Assembly: GCA_965215375.1 (NCBI GenBank)
Contig: CBDCDO010000001.1
Span: 893,567-957,566, forward strand
Source: Dehalococcoidia bacterium
GTDB taxonomy: Bacteria; Chloroflexota; Dehalococcoidia; Bin125
Length of the DNA stretch: 64,000 nucleotides
Direction: 5' to 3'
The position numbers and the translations under genes are program-made. Positions 53,323-63,198 of the stretch are shown in pieces. Position 1 is the stretch's first letter; the number at the start of each line of letters is the position of its first letter. The notes below the pieces were generated by a model that searched no databases, was not told where the DNA came from, and saw only the letters and a program-made list of their open reading frames with translations.

Positions 53323-53952
53323 CTACGTCCGACTGCGCACCCGACGAACACCAATCCCAGCGATCGCCGCTGCACCAAGAGCAATCAGCAGACCAACCAG
53401 GCCCGCCGACACGCCACTGTCGCTAGCAAGACCACCAGAACCCGTCGCCGGATACCCATTGTCAGCCATCGAGTCATCCATGTGGCCGTCGTCCATCGAG
53501 TCCTCGTCCATCATGGAGTCATCGTCCGACATCTCGCCGTCCTCCTCCATCATGGTTTCGTCGTCTTCGGACATCTCACCGTCATCGCCCTCGTCCATCA
53601 TGGAGTCGTCCTCCATGGCCTTGGGCGTAACCGTGACGGCCGACTGTCCGCCACCTGTTGACGAGACCTCAGAGTCGGCGACGGCACCGTTGATTGAGAA
53701 CACAACGTCCTCAGCCTCATCGCGGTCAACGTCGATGTACCACGAACCATCATTAGCAACCATCGCAGATGCGATGAGCGTCAGCTCATCATCATTCATG
53801 TGGACACCAATAGTGTCACCGGCAGTAGCACCATGTCCGTAGAACCTATGCGGAGGCTCTTGCTGCGCGCTGGCAAGACTCAACGTTGCAATCGCAACAG
53901 CAAGCCCGAGTACCAACGCTCCAACCCTCGACATCAGTCTGTGCTGTTTCAT
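53323..53952 (-). CDS. secreted acidic Met/Asp/Glu-rich protein with C-terminal hydrophobic anchor and basic tail
   Basis: Signal peptide, then the DDSMMDEGDDGEMSEDDETMMEEDGEMSDDDSMMDEDSMDDGHMDDSMADNG low-complexity block, then YPATGSGG followed by a TM helix and RRVRSRT. Confidence 0.6.
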   Translation of the reverse strand: MKQHRLMSRVGALVLGLAVAIATLSLASAQQEPPHRFYGHGATAGDTIGVHMNDDELTLIASAMVANDGSWYIDVDRDEAEDVVFSINGAVADSEVSSTGGGQSAVTVTPKAMEDDSMMDEGDDGEMSEDDETMMEEDGEMSDDDSMMDEDSMDDGHMDDSMADNGYPATGSGGLASDSGVSAGLVGLLIALGAAAIAGIGVRRVRSRT

Positions 53953-54046
53953 CTCAGCATCCTTTCGTTCCCAGTCCCCGACTTGATCGGGGACCCGCTT
54001 GGGGTCGCCGCTCCCCTCGTCTGTCGAGGGGAGCGGACGCTAGTCC

Positions 54047-56155
54047 CTAGTTGCTGATGTAGAGGATGTCGTCCTCGTTGACCGTAAAGTCACTCGAGCC
54101 CGGCACCGTCGTACCATCGACGACCGAGTAGCGTACCCACGACATGGAGATCGTGCTCCACAGGTGAATCGCCGTCGCGCCTTCAGGCTGGACCAGTGCA
54201 AAGACCTCAGAGGCCATAGCCTCAACACCACAAGTCCAGGTAGCAAAGCCACCACGGTCATTGATGCAGTGATTGCCGACCATCTCCGGCTCAGGCATCG
54301 CTTCCTCTTCGGCACCAATGGTCAAAGAGACCTTGTCCGGCTCGGCATCAGTATCGCGGGTAGTCACCAGAATGGATGTCACACCGGATCCTCGCGATAC
54401 GTAGAACAACGCCTTGGCCACACCGTCTTTGGTCTTGGCATCGGTTGCCGTCGAGTTCGAGTCGGAAATGGCGTTCACTGCTACGACGGTGGCCGTCCCA
54501 GCAGCGGTGAACCGCACAACGACGTCGTCTGCAACCGGGTTCCCGTCGGCATCAGTAACTTCTGCCTCTACCTCTACGAAGTCACCGACCATCGGGGTCG
54601 TGTTGTCAGATGACGCAACGATCGTGGCGGCTTTGCCAGAGACAGTTACAGAGGCGGATACCTTCGAGTTCGCAACGCTCGGCAGCGAGACGTCAACGGT
54701 GTAAGTGCCCGGCGCCGGAGCCGATGCGCCACTGCCAGCTGTGACCAATACTGCTACCGCATTCGGGTTGTCGTCAGCCGTTGTTTCGGTACTTGCGCCG
54801 ACAGTGCTCTTCTCCGCCTTCAGCGTTGAGGATGAAACACCCTTGCCTTCCGAGTCCATCACGACGATCGACAACTGCGAAATCTCAGCGGCGTTGCCAC
54901 CTGCGTCCATTGCCTTGACCGAGAACTCGGTCTTGCCTCCGGAGGCAAGAGCCTTCGGCTCACCCAGTTCAAGCGAGGAGCTAGGACCGCTGAAGATCAA
55001 GGTCCGTTCCTCTGATCGCGGCGCGCCGTCGGCACCAATCACGAGGGTGTAAACGGTGACCTGACCGGGCTTGGAATCGGTCTTTTCGACCTTGAGGAAC
55101 ATCGTCGCGGCCGCAGACTTGCCTTCTGCCAAGGTGGCACTGTTTTGGGCATTTCCAGCACTGATGAGAACTGGCGCGTTGCCTTCACCTAGAGGCATAC
55201 CGGCATAGTCAACGACCTTGCCGCCTGCAGCTGGAGCAGCTGTGTAGAGGTTGAACTTCCCGCCTGCTCCGATGACCGTGACGCCGTTCACCTTGTTGGA
55301 CGCGCCACCAAGGGAATTCTTGGCCTCGATCTTGAGCCAGATTTCGCCACCACGGGCAGGTGCAGTACCAGACTCAGTCTTTTGCTCGTTAGCTGAACTG
55401 AGGGGGCTGTCCTCTCTCTCATTGCCGAGTGTTAGCGAGACAGATGCCAGATCCGTGCCAGCGTCTCCAACAGTGATCTCACGGCTAGCCGTGAGGGCAA
55501 TCGTGGCCGTTGCCTCATCGCCGGAATCGTCGTCGTGGTCAAACTTCTCAGTCGCGGCGGAAATGGTGTATGTTCCAGCTGGAGTACCGGCGGGAATTGG
55601 CACACTCACCATTTCAGTAAGCTGCTTACAGGTATCTGTGTTATCACATTCACCTGTGCTCGCGTCCACCCCACCGGTAAAGCTGTGCAGTGACGTTGCG
55701 CCCTGGACATACAATGATGCCAATTTGGGAGCTTCGACGTTCGTGAACCCGTTGCGGTACGCCAGAGAGATGTTGAGCGCTGAACCAGCTTTGAAGATGC
55801 CGTCTGAGTCGCCGACACTCGCAATGACGAGAGCTGGTTGAAGTCCTTCAATCAGCGGGGTCACAGTTCCGTTCGGTGTCACTTTGACCGCTTGACCATC
55901 CCTAATGGCGGTACCTGCACCACATGCCGCAATGTTGGCTTTGGTTGGACCGGTATCTCCAACCTTGGCAACAGTGGTCACCATGATCGGATTTTCACCG
56001 GCGTCGTTGATCGTAGCGGTGGCACAAACACCCGAAGTGGCAGTGACGTCCCCAACTGCGTCCCCCGGAGCCGCACTTGCCGACCCCATGGCTACGAACA
56101 TCGCGCCCAGCAGCGCGACGATCGTCGCCACCGCCGCCAAGTGAGACAGTCTCAT
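54047..56155 (-). CDS. large secreted Ig-like (Big-type) repeat surface protein
   Basis: Signal peptide, then ~700 aa of beta-rich T/S/A/G/V repeats with Big-like segments. Lower GC. Confidence 0.6.
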   Translation of the reverse strand: MRLSHLAAVATIVALLGAMFVAMGSASAAPGDAVGDVTATSGVCATATINDAGENPIMVTTVAKVGDTGPTKANIAACGAGTAIRDGQAVKVTPNGTVTPLIEGLQPALVIASVGDSDGIFKAGSALNISLAYRNGFTNVEAPKLASLYVQGATSLHSFTGGVDASTGECDNTDTCKQLTEMVSVPIPAGTPAGTYTISAATEKFDHDDDSGDEATATIALTASREITVGDAGTDLASVSLTLGNEREDSPLSSANEQKTESGTAPARGGEIWLKIEAKNSLGGASNKVNGVTVIGAGGKFNLYTAAPAAGGKVVDYAGMPLGEGNAPVLISAGNAQNSATLAEGKSAAATMFLKVEKTDSKPGQVTVYTLVIGADGAPRSEERTLIFSGPSSSLELGEPKALASGGKTEFSVKAMDAGGNAAEISQLSIVVMDSEGKGVSSSTLKAEKSTVGASTETTADDNPNAVAVLVTAGSGASAPAPGTYTVDVSLPSVANSKVSASVTVSGKAATIVASSDNTTPMVGDFVEVEAEVTDADGNPVADDVVVRFTAAGTATVVAVNAISDSNSTATDAKTKDGVAKALFYVSRGSGVTSILVTTRDTDAEPDKVSLTIGAEEEAMPEPEMVGNHCINDRGGFATWTCGVEAMASEVFALVQPEGATAIHLWSTISMSWVRYSVVDGTTVPGSSDFTVNEDDILYISN

Positions 56156-56339
56156 AGGGCGCGCTTGAGGCCAATTTCACCCGTCGAGAGCCCCGAGCAG
56201 CCCCCCGATCAAGTCGGGGGATAGAGAAAGGAAGGCCAAGCAGACCCCCGCGTGACGCGGTGGATGGGGAAGCGCCAACCGTTCCTCCGTCTCAGGACGG
56301 GACCGAGAGCGACCCCGTCGTATCCTGAGGCAGCCCACT

Positions 56340-57737
56340 ATGCCCAACCAACCCGACTCCCACGAGCGATTCGACCTGCCCCCGCATCGCCCGTTGGCCG
56401 CCCGGCTGTTGCCAGCTCGCTTCTATTACGGATGGGCCATCGTCTTTGCCTGCGCCGCGCTGCTCTTCGTCTCCGTCGGCGTTGGCTACTACGGCATCGC
56501 TGTATACCTCGGCCCGCTCCGCGACCTCCACGGCTGGTCCAACAGCGACGTTTCGCTTGCGACCGGCATGTACTTCGTCTTCTCGGGCATCACGTCGGCG
56601 CTCGTCGGCCCGCTGATCGACCGACACGGCGCCCGTCGCTGGATGACTCCAGGCCTGCTCCTCCTGATTGTGGCCGCGGCCGGCATCGGACACGTCCGCG
56701 AGCTCTGGCAGCTTTACCTCGCGTACATCGTGATGGCACTCGGCTCAGGGATGAGCGCCGGCGTCGCCGTCAACGCCACCCTGGCCAGGTGGTTCCTCCA
56801 CCGACGTGCCTGGGCAATGGCGATTTCGTCCACCGGCGTCTCGTTAGGCGGCGTGGTGTTGTCGCCCGTGAACGGCATCCTAATCGAGCAGTTCGGACTC
56901 GGGGTCGCCACGCCCGTCATGGCCGGATTGATCTGCATCATCGGACTCCCGATCGTGCTGTTCGTCCTCGTCTGGGACCCGCGCCAGATGGGACTGCCAC
57001 AAGACGGCCTCGAGCCCATGGTGCCGCAACGGACCAACCTCGCGCGGTCCGCTGCGAATCAGACGCGCCGGTGGTCGATCAAACGCGCGACGCGGACGAT
57101 GCCCTTCTGGGCGATCATGATCAGCTTCGTCATCGTCCTGCTCGCCCAGACGGGATTCATTCTCCACCAAACCGCGTTCCTCCAGGAACGGGTCGGTTCG
57201 CTCACCGCGGCGACCTCCAGCCTCTCAATCATCGCCTTCGGAAGCATCGTCGCACGACTGATTGTGGGCCGCTTCTTCGCCGACCGGGTCGATCTCCGCG
57301 TGCTCACGGTGATCATGTTCCTCGTCCAAGGCACCGCGGCGATCGTCGTGATCCAGGTCGACCACATCGCGGTGACATACGTCGCCATTCTGATATTCGG
57401 ATTCACGATCGGCAACGTGTACATGCTCCAGTCGCTACTCACGTCGGACGTGTTTGGTTACGTCAGTTTTGGAGCGGTCTACGGCCTGATCGCGATGGCG
57501 ACGCAGATCGCCAGCGGCTTCGGTCCGTGGATGATCGGCTGGCTGGAGGATGTGACTGGGTCGTATCAGGTTCCATTGACGGTGGTCGCGATCCTGACCT
57601 ACGCGGCGCTCATCCCGATCTACTTCGCCAAACCGCCGAAGGTCGTACTCGGGAGAGCCATCAGCCCAATGCTCACTCGCCCCGCCCCACAACGGTCCGC
57701 AGGCGGTGATATCCTAAATCAGCGGGAAAACGCGTAG
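56340..57737 (+). CDS. MFS transporter (OFA-like)
   Basis: Twelve TM helices with MFS loop motifs (GPLIDRHGARRW). Confidence 0.8.
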   Translation: MPNQPDSHERFDLPPHRPLAARLLPARFYYGWAIVFACAALLFVSVGVGYYGIAVYLGPLRDLHGWSNSDVSLATGMYFVFSGITSALVGPLIDRHGARRWMTPGLLLLIVAAAGIGHVRELWQLYLAYIVMALGSGMSAGVAVNATLARWFLHRRAWAMAISSTGVSLGGVVLSPVNGILIEQFGLGVATPVMAGLICIIGLPIVLFVLVWDPRQMGLPQDGLEPMVPQRTNLARSAANQTRRWSIKRATRTMPFWAIMISFVIVLLAQTGFILHQTAFLQERVGSLTAATSSLSIIAFGSIVARLIVGRFFADRVDLRVLTVIMFLVQGTAAIVVIQVDHIAVTYVAILIFGFTIGNVYMLQSLLTSDVFGYVSFGAVYGLIAMATQIASGFGPWMIGWLEDVTGSYQVPLTVVAILTYAALIPIYFAKPPKVVLGRAISPMLTRPAPQRSAGGDILNQRENA

Positions 57738-57878
57738 GGAGCAGACAATGAGTGCTGCACAAGAGTCACACTCAGCCAACACCAACGAGCCTAAGTCGCC
57801 ATCGGCCGAACCTCAACCGACTCGAAAGCCAACACCTCCTCCACCCGGTAGTCCTCTTCGTGTTACGAAGAGAAGCGT

Positions 57879-58421
57879 CTAGTTACAGCAAGAGGAAAGC
57901 GTCAGCGTTCCGATCAGCGCGACAAACTCGAACGCCAAACCCGTCGACGCCACCTGAAACGCACGGGTGCGCTTCTGTAAGACGGACGCGTTGAGTGAGG
58001 CTCCATGGATGAGGGCAGCCAAGCTTTGGGCCTTGAGCGTCTTGGTTTCTGGTACCTCCCATTTCACATACCAATCCCAATTCGATCCTGCTGCCCAGTC
58101 TCTCGGCCATAATGCATAGATTCCGGCAGCTACTACAGTGAGCGCTCCGACGATGACGAGGATGGCTGAAATGCCCCTCGCCGAAAGATCGATGTCGAGA
58201 CTTCCAGCAACGAGCAACGTGCCGACTCCGACTATGGCCCACCCCACGGTCGCAACAACTCTCGAGTCGAGCGCCGAAAAACTCTGCTGGTCGGAGGCTA
58301 GATCTCGCTGTGCCTCGCTGAGGAGGTAATCCAGTTCGCGCTCACCGAGTGAATCGGTCCACTCCGTGAGTTTGGTAGGTAAGGAAAGGCCATTCACAAG
58401 ACAAACTCGATCTTCGACCAC
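57879..58421 (-). CDS. hypothetical 2-TM membrane protein, low GC
   Basis: ~45-aa cytoplasmic N-terminus, two adjacent TM helices, C-terminal coil ending SSCCN. Overlaps the ATP-grasp gene end by 28 nt. Confidence 0.4.
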   Translation of the reverse strand: MVEDRVCLVNGLSLPTKLTEWTDSLGERELDYLLSEAQRDLASDQQSFSALDSRVVATVGWAIVGVGTLLVAGSLDIDLSARGISAILVIVGALTVVAAGIYALWPRDWAAGSNWDWYVKWEVPETKTLKAQSLAALIHGASLNASVLQKRTRAFQVASTGLAFEFVALIGTLTLSSCCN

Positions 58422-59623
58422 GCCTCCCTCAATGCTGACTCCACCTCTGCTGGATCGTCGCCCCTCGCGAAGATGAAGCCGGGATAATCAGCCCCCTCAG
58501 GCAGCGGAATCAGCATGTCGCCGACCCGTGCCTCCATCTCGATGTCCTCGACGAGCGGTACCGCCGCCGCCGCATCCAGACCGAGGATCGCCCGAATCCT
58601 CCCCCGACCGACGATCGGCATCATCATCACACCAGCCGCCTGCGACTCCCGATTCAGCGTCTCCAGCGGCGCATTGATCGCGTGTCGCAGAACGATCTCC
58701 TCCAACGACATCCCAGCTCCGAACCGCAGCGTCCGAGCACACAGCCCGCCGATCGTGCGAGCCGCGACGTCCACCGGCCACGCGCCTTGATCGTTCAGTC
58801 GCAGTTCGGCGTGCAGCGGACCGTCGCGCAGCCCCAGCGCCTCGGCCGATCGACGAGTCGTCTCCACCACTTCCGACAGCTGCTCGTCCGACAGCCTTGA
58901 CGGCGTCACGTAGATCGTCTCCTCGAAGTAAGGGCCGTCCAGCGGATCGGGCTTGTCGAACACGGCTAATGTGTGAAGCTCACCGTCTCGGAGCAGACCC
59001 TCCAACGCCACCTCGACGCCAGGAATGAAGCCTTCAACCAGGTAGCAGTCTGCCAGCTCGCCGCACTCTTCCCGCGCCGATTTCGAGCTCAGCAGCCGCC
59101 TCAGACGCGCCACAACCTGGTCGAATGACCGTGGATTGTTCGCACGCATCACGCCTCGCGAGCCGTTCAATCCCAACGGCTTCACAACCACCGGATACTC
59201 CAACTCGGGCGCAGGCGACGGATCATCGAACCGATACACCTGCCAAGGCGGCGATAGCACGTCATGCGCGTCCAACGCGTGTCTCAGTGCGGATTTGTCT
59301 CTCGTGCCGGTTACCGATTCCGGCGTGTTACCGGTGAGCTGGAGCTCCGCACTCGCATACGCGGCGAGCATCGTGCCCGGATCGTCCACCGCCACGACCG
59401 CGTCGAGCGGAAACCGATCCGCGTACCGTGCGACCGCTTGCGCACCGCGCTCGATGTCGTGGTACGGCAACGTCAGCCAGCGACCCGGATACATGTCCGC
59501 CAACGGCTGGTCGACATCGGACGCGACTACCACGTCGAGCCCCAGCTTGTCCGCCGCCGACATGAAGTCAGGCGCGCGATATGACGCAGTCGGAATCAGA
59601 AGCATCACGCGAGACATGGCCAC
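58394..59623 (-). CDS. ATP-grasp domain protein (carboxylate-amine ligase-like)
   Basis: Pre-ATP-grasp N-domain then ATP-grasp core (YPVVVKPLGLNGSRGV...CYLVEGFIPGVEVALEGL...LAVFDK...HAELRL). Confidence 0.7.
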   Translation of the reverse strand: MAMSRVMLLIPTASYRAPDFMSAADKLGLDVVVASDVDQPLADMYPGRWLTLPYHDIERGAQAVARYADRFPLDAVVAVDDPGTMLAAYASAELQLTGNTPESVTGTRDKSALRHALDAHDVLSPPWQVYRFDDPSPAPELEYPVVVKPLGLNGSRGVMRANNPRSFDQVVARLRRLLSSKSAREECGELADCYLVEGFIPGVEVALEGLLRDGELHTLAVFDKPDPLDGPYFEETIYVTPSRLSDEQLSEVVETTRRSAEALGLRDGPLHAELRLNDQGAWPVDVAARTIGGLCARTLRFGAGMSLEEIVLRHAINAPLETLNRESQAAGVMMMPIVGRGRIRAILGLDAAAAVPLVEDIEMEARVGDMLIPLPEGADYPGFIFARGDDPAEVESALREAWSKIEFVL

Positions 59624-59661
59624 AGCCTACTCGCACTCGTACCGACACATATGCTGTATCC

Positions 59662-61941
59662 ATGACCGCAGCGACCGCACATCGGTCCGACACCGAAACT
59701 CAGACCCTCCGCATCGATGGCATGCACTGTGCGGCCTGCGTGCGTCGAGTCGAGCGCGCACTCGTCAAAATCGACGGCGTCGCAGAAGCTTCTGCCGACT
59801 TTATCGCCGGCCGAGCGATCATCCAAACCGATCGCCCCGTCGAGGCACCCACGCTGAGCGCCGCAATCAGCCGCGTCGGCTACGAACTCGTTGAATCTCC
59901 GGATGCGGAGATCGACGACGGCTCAAGTGCCATCCGACCGTCCCTGAACAGAGCCGTCCCGACACTCCTGCTGGGCTGGGGCATCTTCTTCGCAATGCAG
60001 GCGAACCGCTGGGGCGAGCTCGGCTGGGACACCGACCTCTTCTTTCCCATCCTCTTCGCCATCTCCACGCCGATGCTCGCCTGGAGCCTCTGGCCAATGC
60101 TCCGCCGAGCGGCGCTCGCCGCATCCCGACGCACCACCGACATGGACACGCTGATCGTCCTCGGCGTGACCGCTGCCTGGTCATACAGCACCGTCAGCGC
60201 GCTTTTCCCTGGAGCGCTGGAAAGCGCCGACGCTTCGCGCGATGTCTTTTTCGACACCGCGCTGATCATCGTCGGATTCGTCAGTCTCGGCCGAGCGCTC
60301 GAGGCGCGAGTCAAGCTCAGGGCGACCGCTGCACTGGCTAACCTGCTGGAACTCACTCCGCAGACTGCCCGAGTCATGAGAGACGGTCTCCCGCAAGACA
60401 TTCCCGCGTCCGAAGTCCGCGTCGGCGACACCCTACAAGTGCGCCCAGGCGAGCAAATTCCCGTCGATGGAACCATCAATGCCGGATCAAGCTCAATCGA
60501 CGAATCCATGCTCACCGGCGAGAGCATGCCGGTCTCAAAGGCCCCAGGCGAGCAGGTGTTCGCCGGCACAATTAACATCGACGGCGCGTTCAGCTATCAG
60601 GCCACCCAGGTCGGCGCCGAGACGGCGCTCGCTCGCATCACCTCTGCGGTCGAGCGAGCCCAGTCAAGCAAGGCCCCAGTCCAGCGCCTCGCCGACACCA
60701 TCGCCAGCGTCTTCGTGCCCACCGTCACCGCAATCGCCGTACTCACGTTCATCGTCTGGGCAGTCGTCGGCGACGACGGCAACTGGACCTCTGCCGTCCT
60801 GAGCGCAGTCGCCGTGCTCGTGGTCGCCTGTCCCTGCGCTCTAGGACTTGCCACACCGGCAGCGATCGCCGCTGGATCAGGACGCGCCGCGCGACTCGGA
60901 GTGCTCTACCGCGACGCCGAAGCGCTCGAGACCGCGGGCCAAATCGAGACCGTCGTCTGGGACAAAACTGGCACCCTCACCACTGGCCGCCACAAAGTAA
61001 GCAACATCAACGCGTTCGATCGCACGCCGGAGGAGCTCGTCCGACTCGCCGCTGCAGTCGAGCAACACTCCGAGCACCCGTTGGGCGTTGCCATCGTCGC
61101 CTGCGCCGAAGACCTCGGGATCAACCCCACCACCGACGCCGGTGAAGTCCAGAACTTCCGCGCAATTCCAGGAGCAGGAGCCGTCGCGACGGTCGGAACA
61201 ACAGAGATCGCCGTCGGCAACGCTGCGCTGATGTCCGACGTCGGAGCCACCCATTCCACGGAGCAAGTCGCCACAGACGCCGATACCCCCGTCTACGTCG
61301 CGGCCGACGGCGAACTCATCGGCGTGCTCCTCCTCGCCGACACGATCAAACCCGGTGCCCACGAGGCGATTGAGCTACTCAAACGACACCGCGTCGACTC
61401 CGTGCTCCTCAGCGGAGACACCGAGCCCGTGGTTCGCTCCGTCGCCGAAACGGTCGGTATCGCGACGGTACACGCGCGGACGCTCCCTTCCGAGAAGGCG
61501 GGTGTCATTGCAGACATCCAATCGACGAATCGCCGCGTCGCCATGGTCGGCGACGGCATCAACGACGCACCAGCACTTGCGCAAGCAAACCTCGGATTGG
61601 CAATGCGCACCGGCTCCGACATCGCGCTCGAGGCGGCACAGGTCGGACTAATGCAGCCAAGCCCGCTGCGCGCATCAGAAGCCATCCTGCTCGCTCGATC
61701 AACTCGCAAGGTCATCAGGCAGAATCTCACGTTCGCATTCGCCTACAACGTCCTCCTGATCCCACTCGCCGGCGGCCTCGCGGTGCCGATATTCGACGCC
61801 GTCGGGGGAGTCCCCGGCGGCCTGGAGTGGCTCTTCGGAGAACGAGGACAGTTCGAACCAATCGCCGCCGGTCTGGCGATGGTCGCCAGCTCCCTCACCG
61901 TGCTCACCAACGCCCTACGCCTCAACCGCTGGAGAGTCTAA
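59662..61941 (+). CDS. copA: copper-translocating P-type ATPase
   Basis: N-terminal HMA domain with GMHCAACV, CPC motif (VVACPCALGLATP), DKTGTLT phosphorylation site, GDGINDAPAL hinge. Confidence 0.9.
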   Translation: MTAATAHRSDTETQTLRIDGMHCAACVRRVERALVKIDGVAEASADFIAGRAIIQTDRPVEAPTLSAAISRVGYELVESPDAEIDDGSSAIRPSLNRAVPTLLLGWGIFFAMQANRWGELGWDTDLFFPILFAISTPMLAWSLWPMLRRAALAASRRTTDMDTLIVLGVTAAWSYSTVSALFPGALESADASRDVFFDTALIIVGFVSLGRALEARVKLRATAALANLLELTPQTARVMRDGLPQDIPASEVRVGDTLQVRPGEQIPVDGTINAGSSSIDESMLTGESMPVSKAPGEQVFAGTINIDGAFSYQATQVGAETALARITSAVERAQSSKAPVQRLADTIASVFVPTVTAIAVLTFIVWAVVGDDGNWTSAVLSAVAVLVVACPCALGLATPAAIAAGSGRAARLGVLYRDAEALETAGQIETVVWDKTGTLTTGRHKVSNINAFDRTPEELVRLAAAVEQHSEHPLGVAIVACAEDLGINPTTDAGEVQNFRAIPGAGAVATVGTTEIAVGNAALMSDVGATHSTEQVATDADTPVYVAADGELIGVLLLADTIKPGAHEAIELLKRHRVDSVLLSGDTEPVVRSVAETVGIATVHARTLPSEKAGVIADIQSTNRRVAMVGDGINDAPALAQANLGLAMRTGSDIALEAAQVGLMQPSPLRASEAILLARSTRKVIRQNLTFAFAYNVLLIPLAGGLAVPIFDAVGGVPGGLEWLFGERGQFEPIAAGLAMVASSLTVLTNALRLNRWRV

Positions 61942-62070
61942 CCAACCCACCACGTCAACCCCCAAACCCCAACCACGCCCACACCCAACCCGACTCCAGC
62001 CCCCAATCCGTCACTCCCACTCCCCTCCCGTTACTCCAACGCCCCACCTGTCGTTCCCGCCCCCTTCCCG

Positions 62071-62104
62071 TCATTCCCGCGCAGGCGGGAATCCATCCAG
62101 TGAG
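62071..62104. repeat. REP-like hairpin GTCATTCCCGC-GCAGG-CGGGAATCCATCCA
   Basis: The CGCAGGCGGGAATCCATCCA part recurs at 21774-21797; GTCATTCCCGC recurs at 53127-53137 and, inverted, near 51005-51030. Confidence 0.5.
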
Positions 62105-62193
62105 AAAGTCACAAGGGTCAAGCAGCTCACAAATCACCGTCCAACCAACCAGCGAGACCGACCGCACAGCCATGATGCAACGCCCAACCTAGG

Positions 62194-63075
62194 GAGTCAC
62201 TCTAGTCGGGGCTTGTGTCAGAGTTAGGGAACGGTCTGGCGGCCGGGCCAATGGGAATATGCAACTCAGCGATGCACAGTGGGCGCGGATCGCGCCGCTC
62301 ATGCCGACACCGCGCGGAAACTGCAAGCTGCCCACACGGCAGGTGCTGGAGGGTTGGCTGTTCGTGACCAAGGAGGGGTGTCGCTGGCGTGCCTTGCCCG
62401 AGCGGTTCGGTCCCTGGCACACGGTCTACTTGCGCGGACGCCGCTGGATAGACAAAGGCGTGCTGGAGCGCGTCTTCGCCGAGCTGCAGCGGGTCGAACT
62501 GGAGACGCAGCTCGAGCAACGTGAGCCAGACCGACCGCTGCGAATGTCGATCGACAGCACGAGCGTGAAGGTCCATCAGGACGGGACGGGGGCACCACCA
62601 AAAGGGGCGCCAGGCGATCGGACGCTCGCGTAGCCTGTCCCCGGCTTGACCGGGGAGAGGTCTGACGACGAAGCTGCACGCCATCGTGCTGGAAGACCGC
62701 CTCCCGTTGATCATGACCCTGACGCCGGGCCACTGGAGCGACGCGCCCTGGGGACGCTGGCTGCTGGAGCGGCTCGGCCCCGTATCTGGTCAGCCGCAAC
62801 TGCTCGCCGACCGCGCCTACGAGGGCGACGCGATGCGCGCGCTGACCGCCGAACTCGGCTGGGAGTTAGTCACGCCGCCAAAGTCGAATCGCCGCAAGCC
62901 CTGGCCACTGAAGCGTGCGGCCTACCGCGCGCGTAATGGAATCGAACGTTACTTTGGCCGCATCAAGCGATTCCGCGGCATCGCCGATCGCTATCACAAA
63001 CTCGCCCATGTCTACTTCAACCAAATCCTCCTCGCCTGTATCCACTTCATCACGAAATAGAGTGAACAGGCACTA
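62194..63075 (+). mobile_element. IS5-family (IS427-group) insertion sequence, ~880 bp, two-ORF transposase
   Basis: orfA 62259-62633 is a DUF4096-type HTH protein (LSDAQWARIAPLMP). orfB 62686-63060 is DDE_Tnp_1 (TTKLHAIVLEDRLPLIM...ADRAYEGDAMR...RNGIERYFGRIKRFRGIA), in the +1 frame with an AAAAGGGG run in the overlap. Imperfect terminal repeats GAGTCACTCTAG / TAGAGTGAAC. Confidence 0.7.
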
Positions 63076-63198
63076 GAACAACTCGTCAGGCCCGCGCCCA
63101 ACAATTCGTCATACCCGCGATTGCCGGAGGCCTTGGATTCATTTGCTCCCCCTCGCAGGGGGAGCTGTCGCGGAGCGACTGAGCAACTGTCTTGGAAG

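Noticed and set aside
58394-59623. Graspetide/microviridin-type RiPP cluster around the ATP-grasp gene
   Set aside because: No candidate precursor peptide ORF with a recognisable leader/core was found nearby, and the enzyme is larger than typical graspetide cyclases. Kept only as an open possibility in the findings.
62259-63060. Calling the IS5 orfA/orfB split a definite programmed -1 frameshift
   Set aside because: By coordinates orfB is in the +1 frame relative to orfA. I cannot verify the slippery site without comparison to reference elements, so both a programmed frameshift and a degraded copy are left open.
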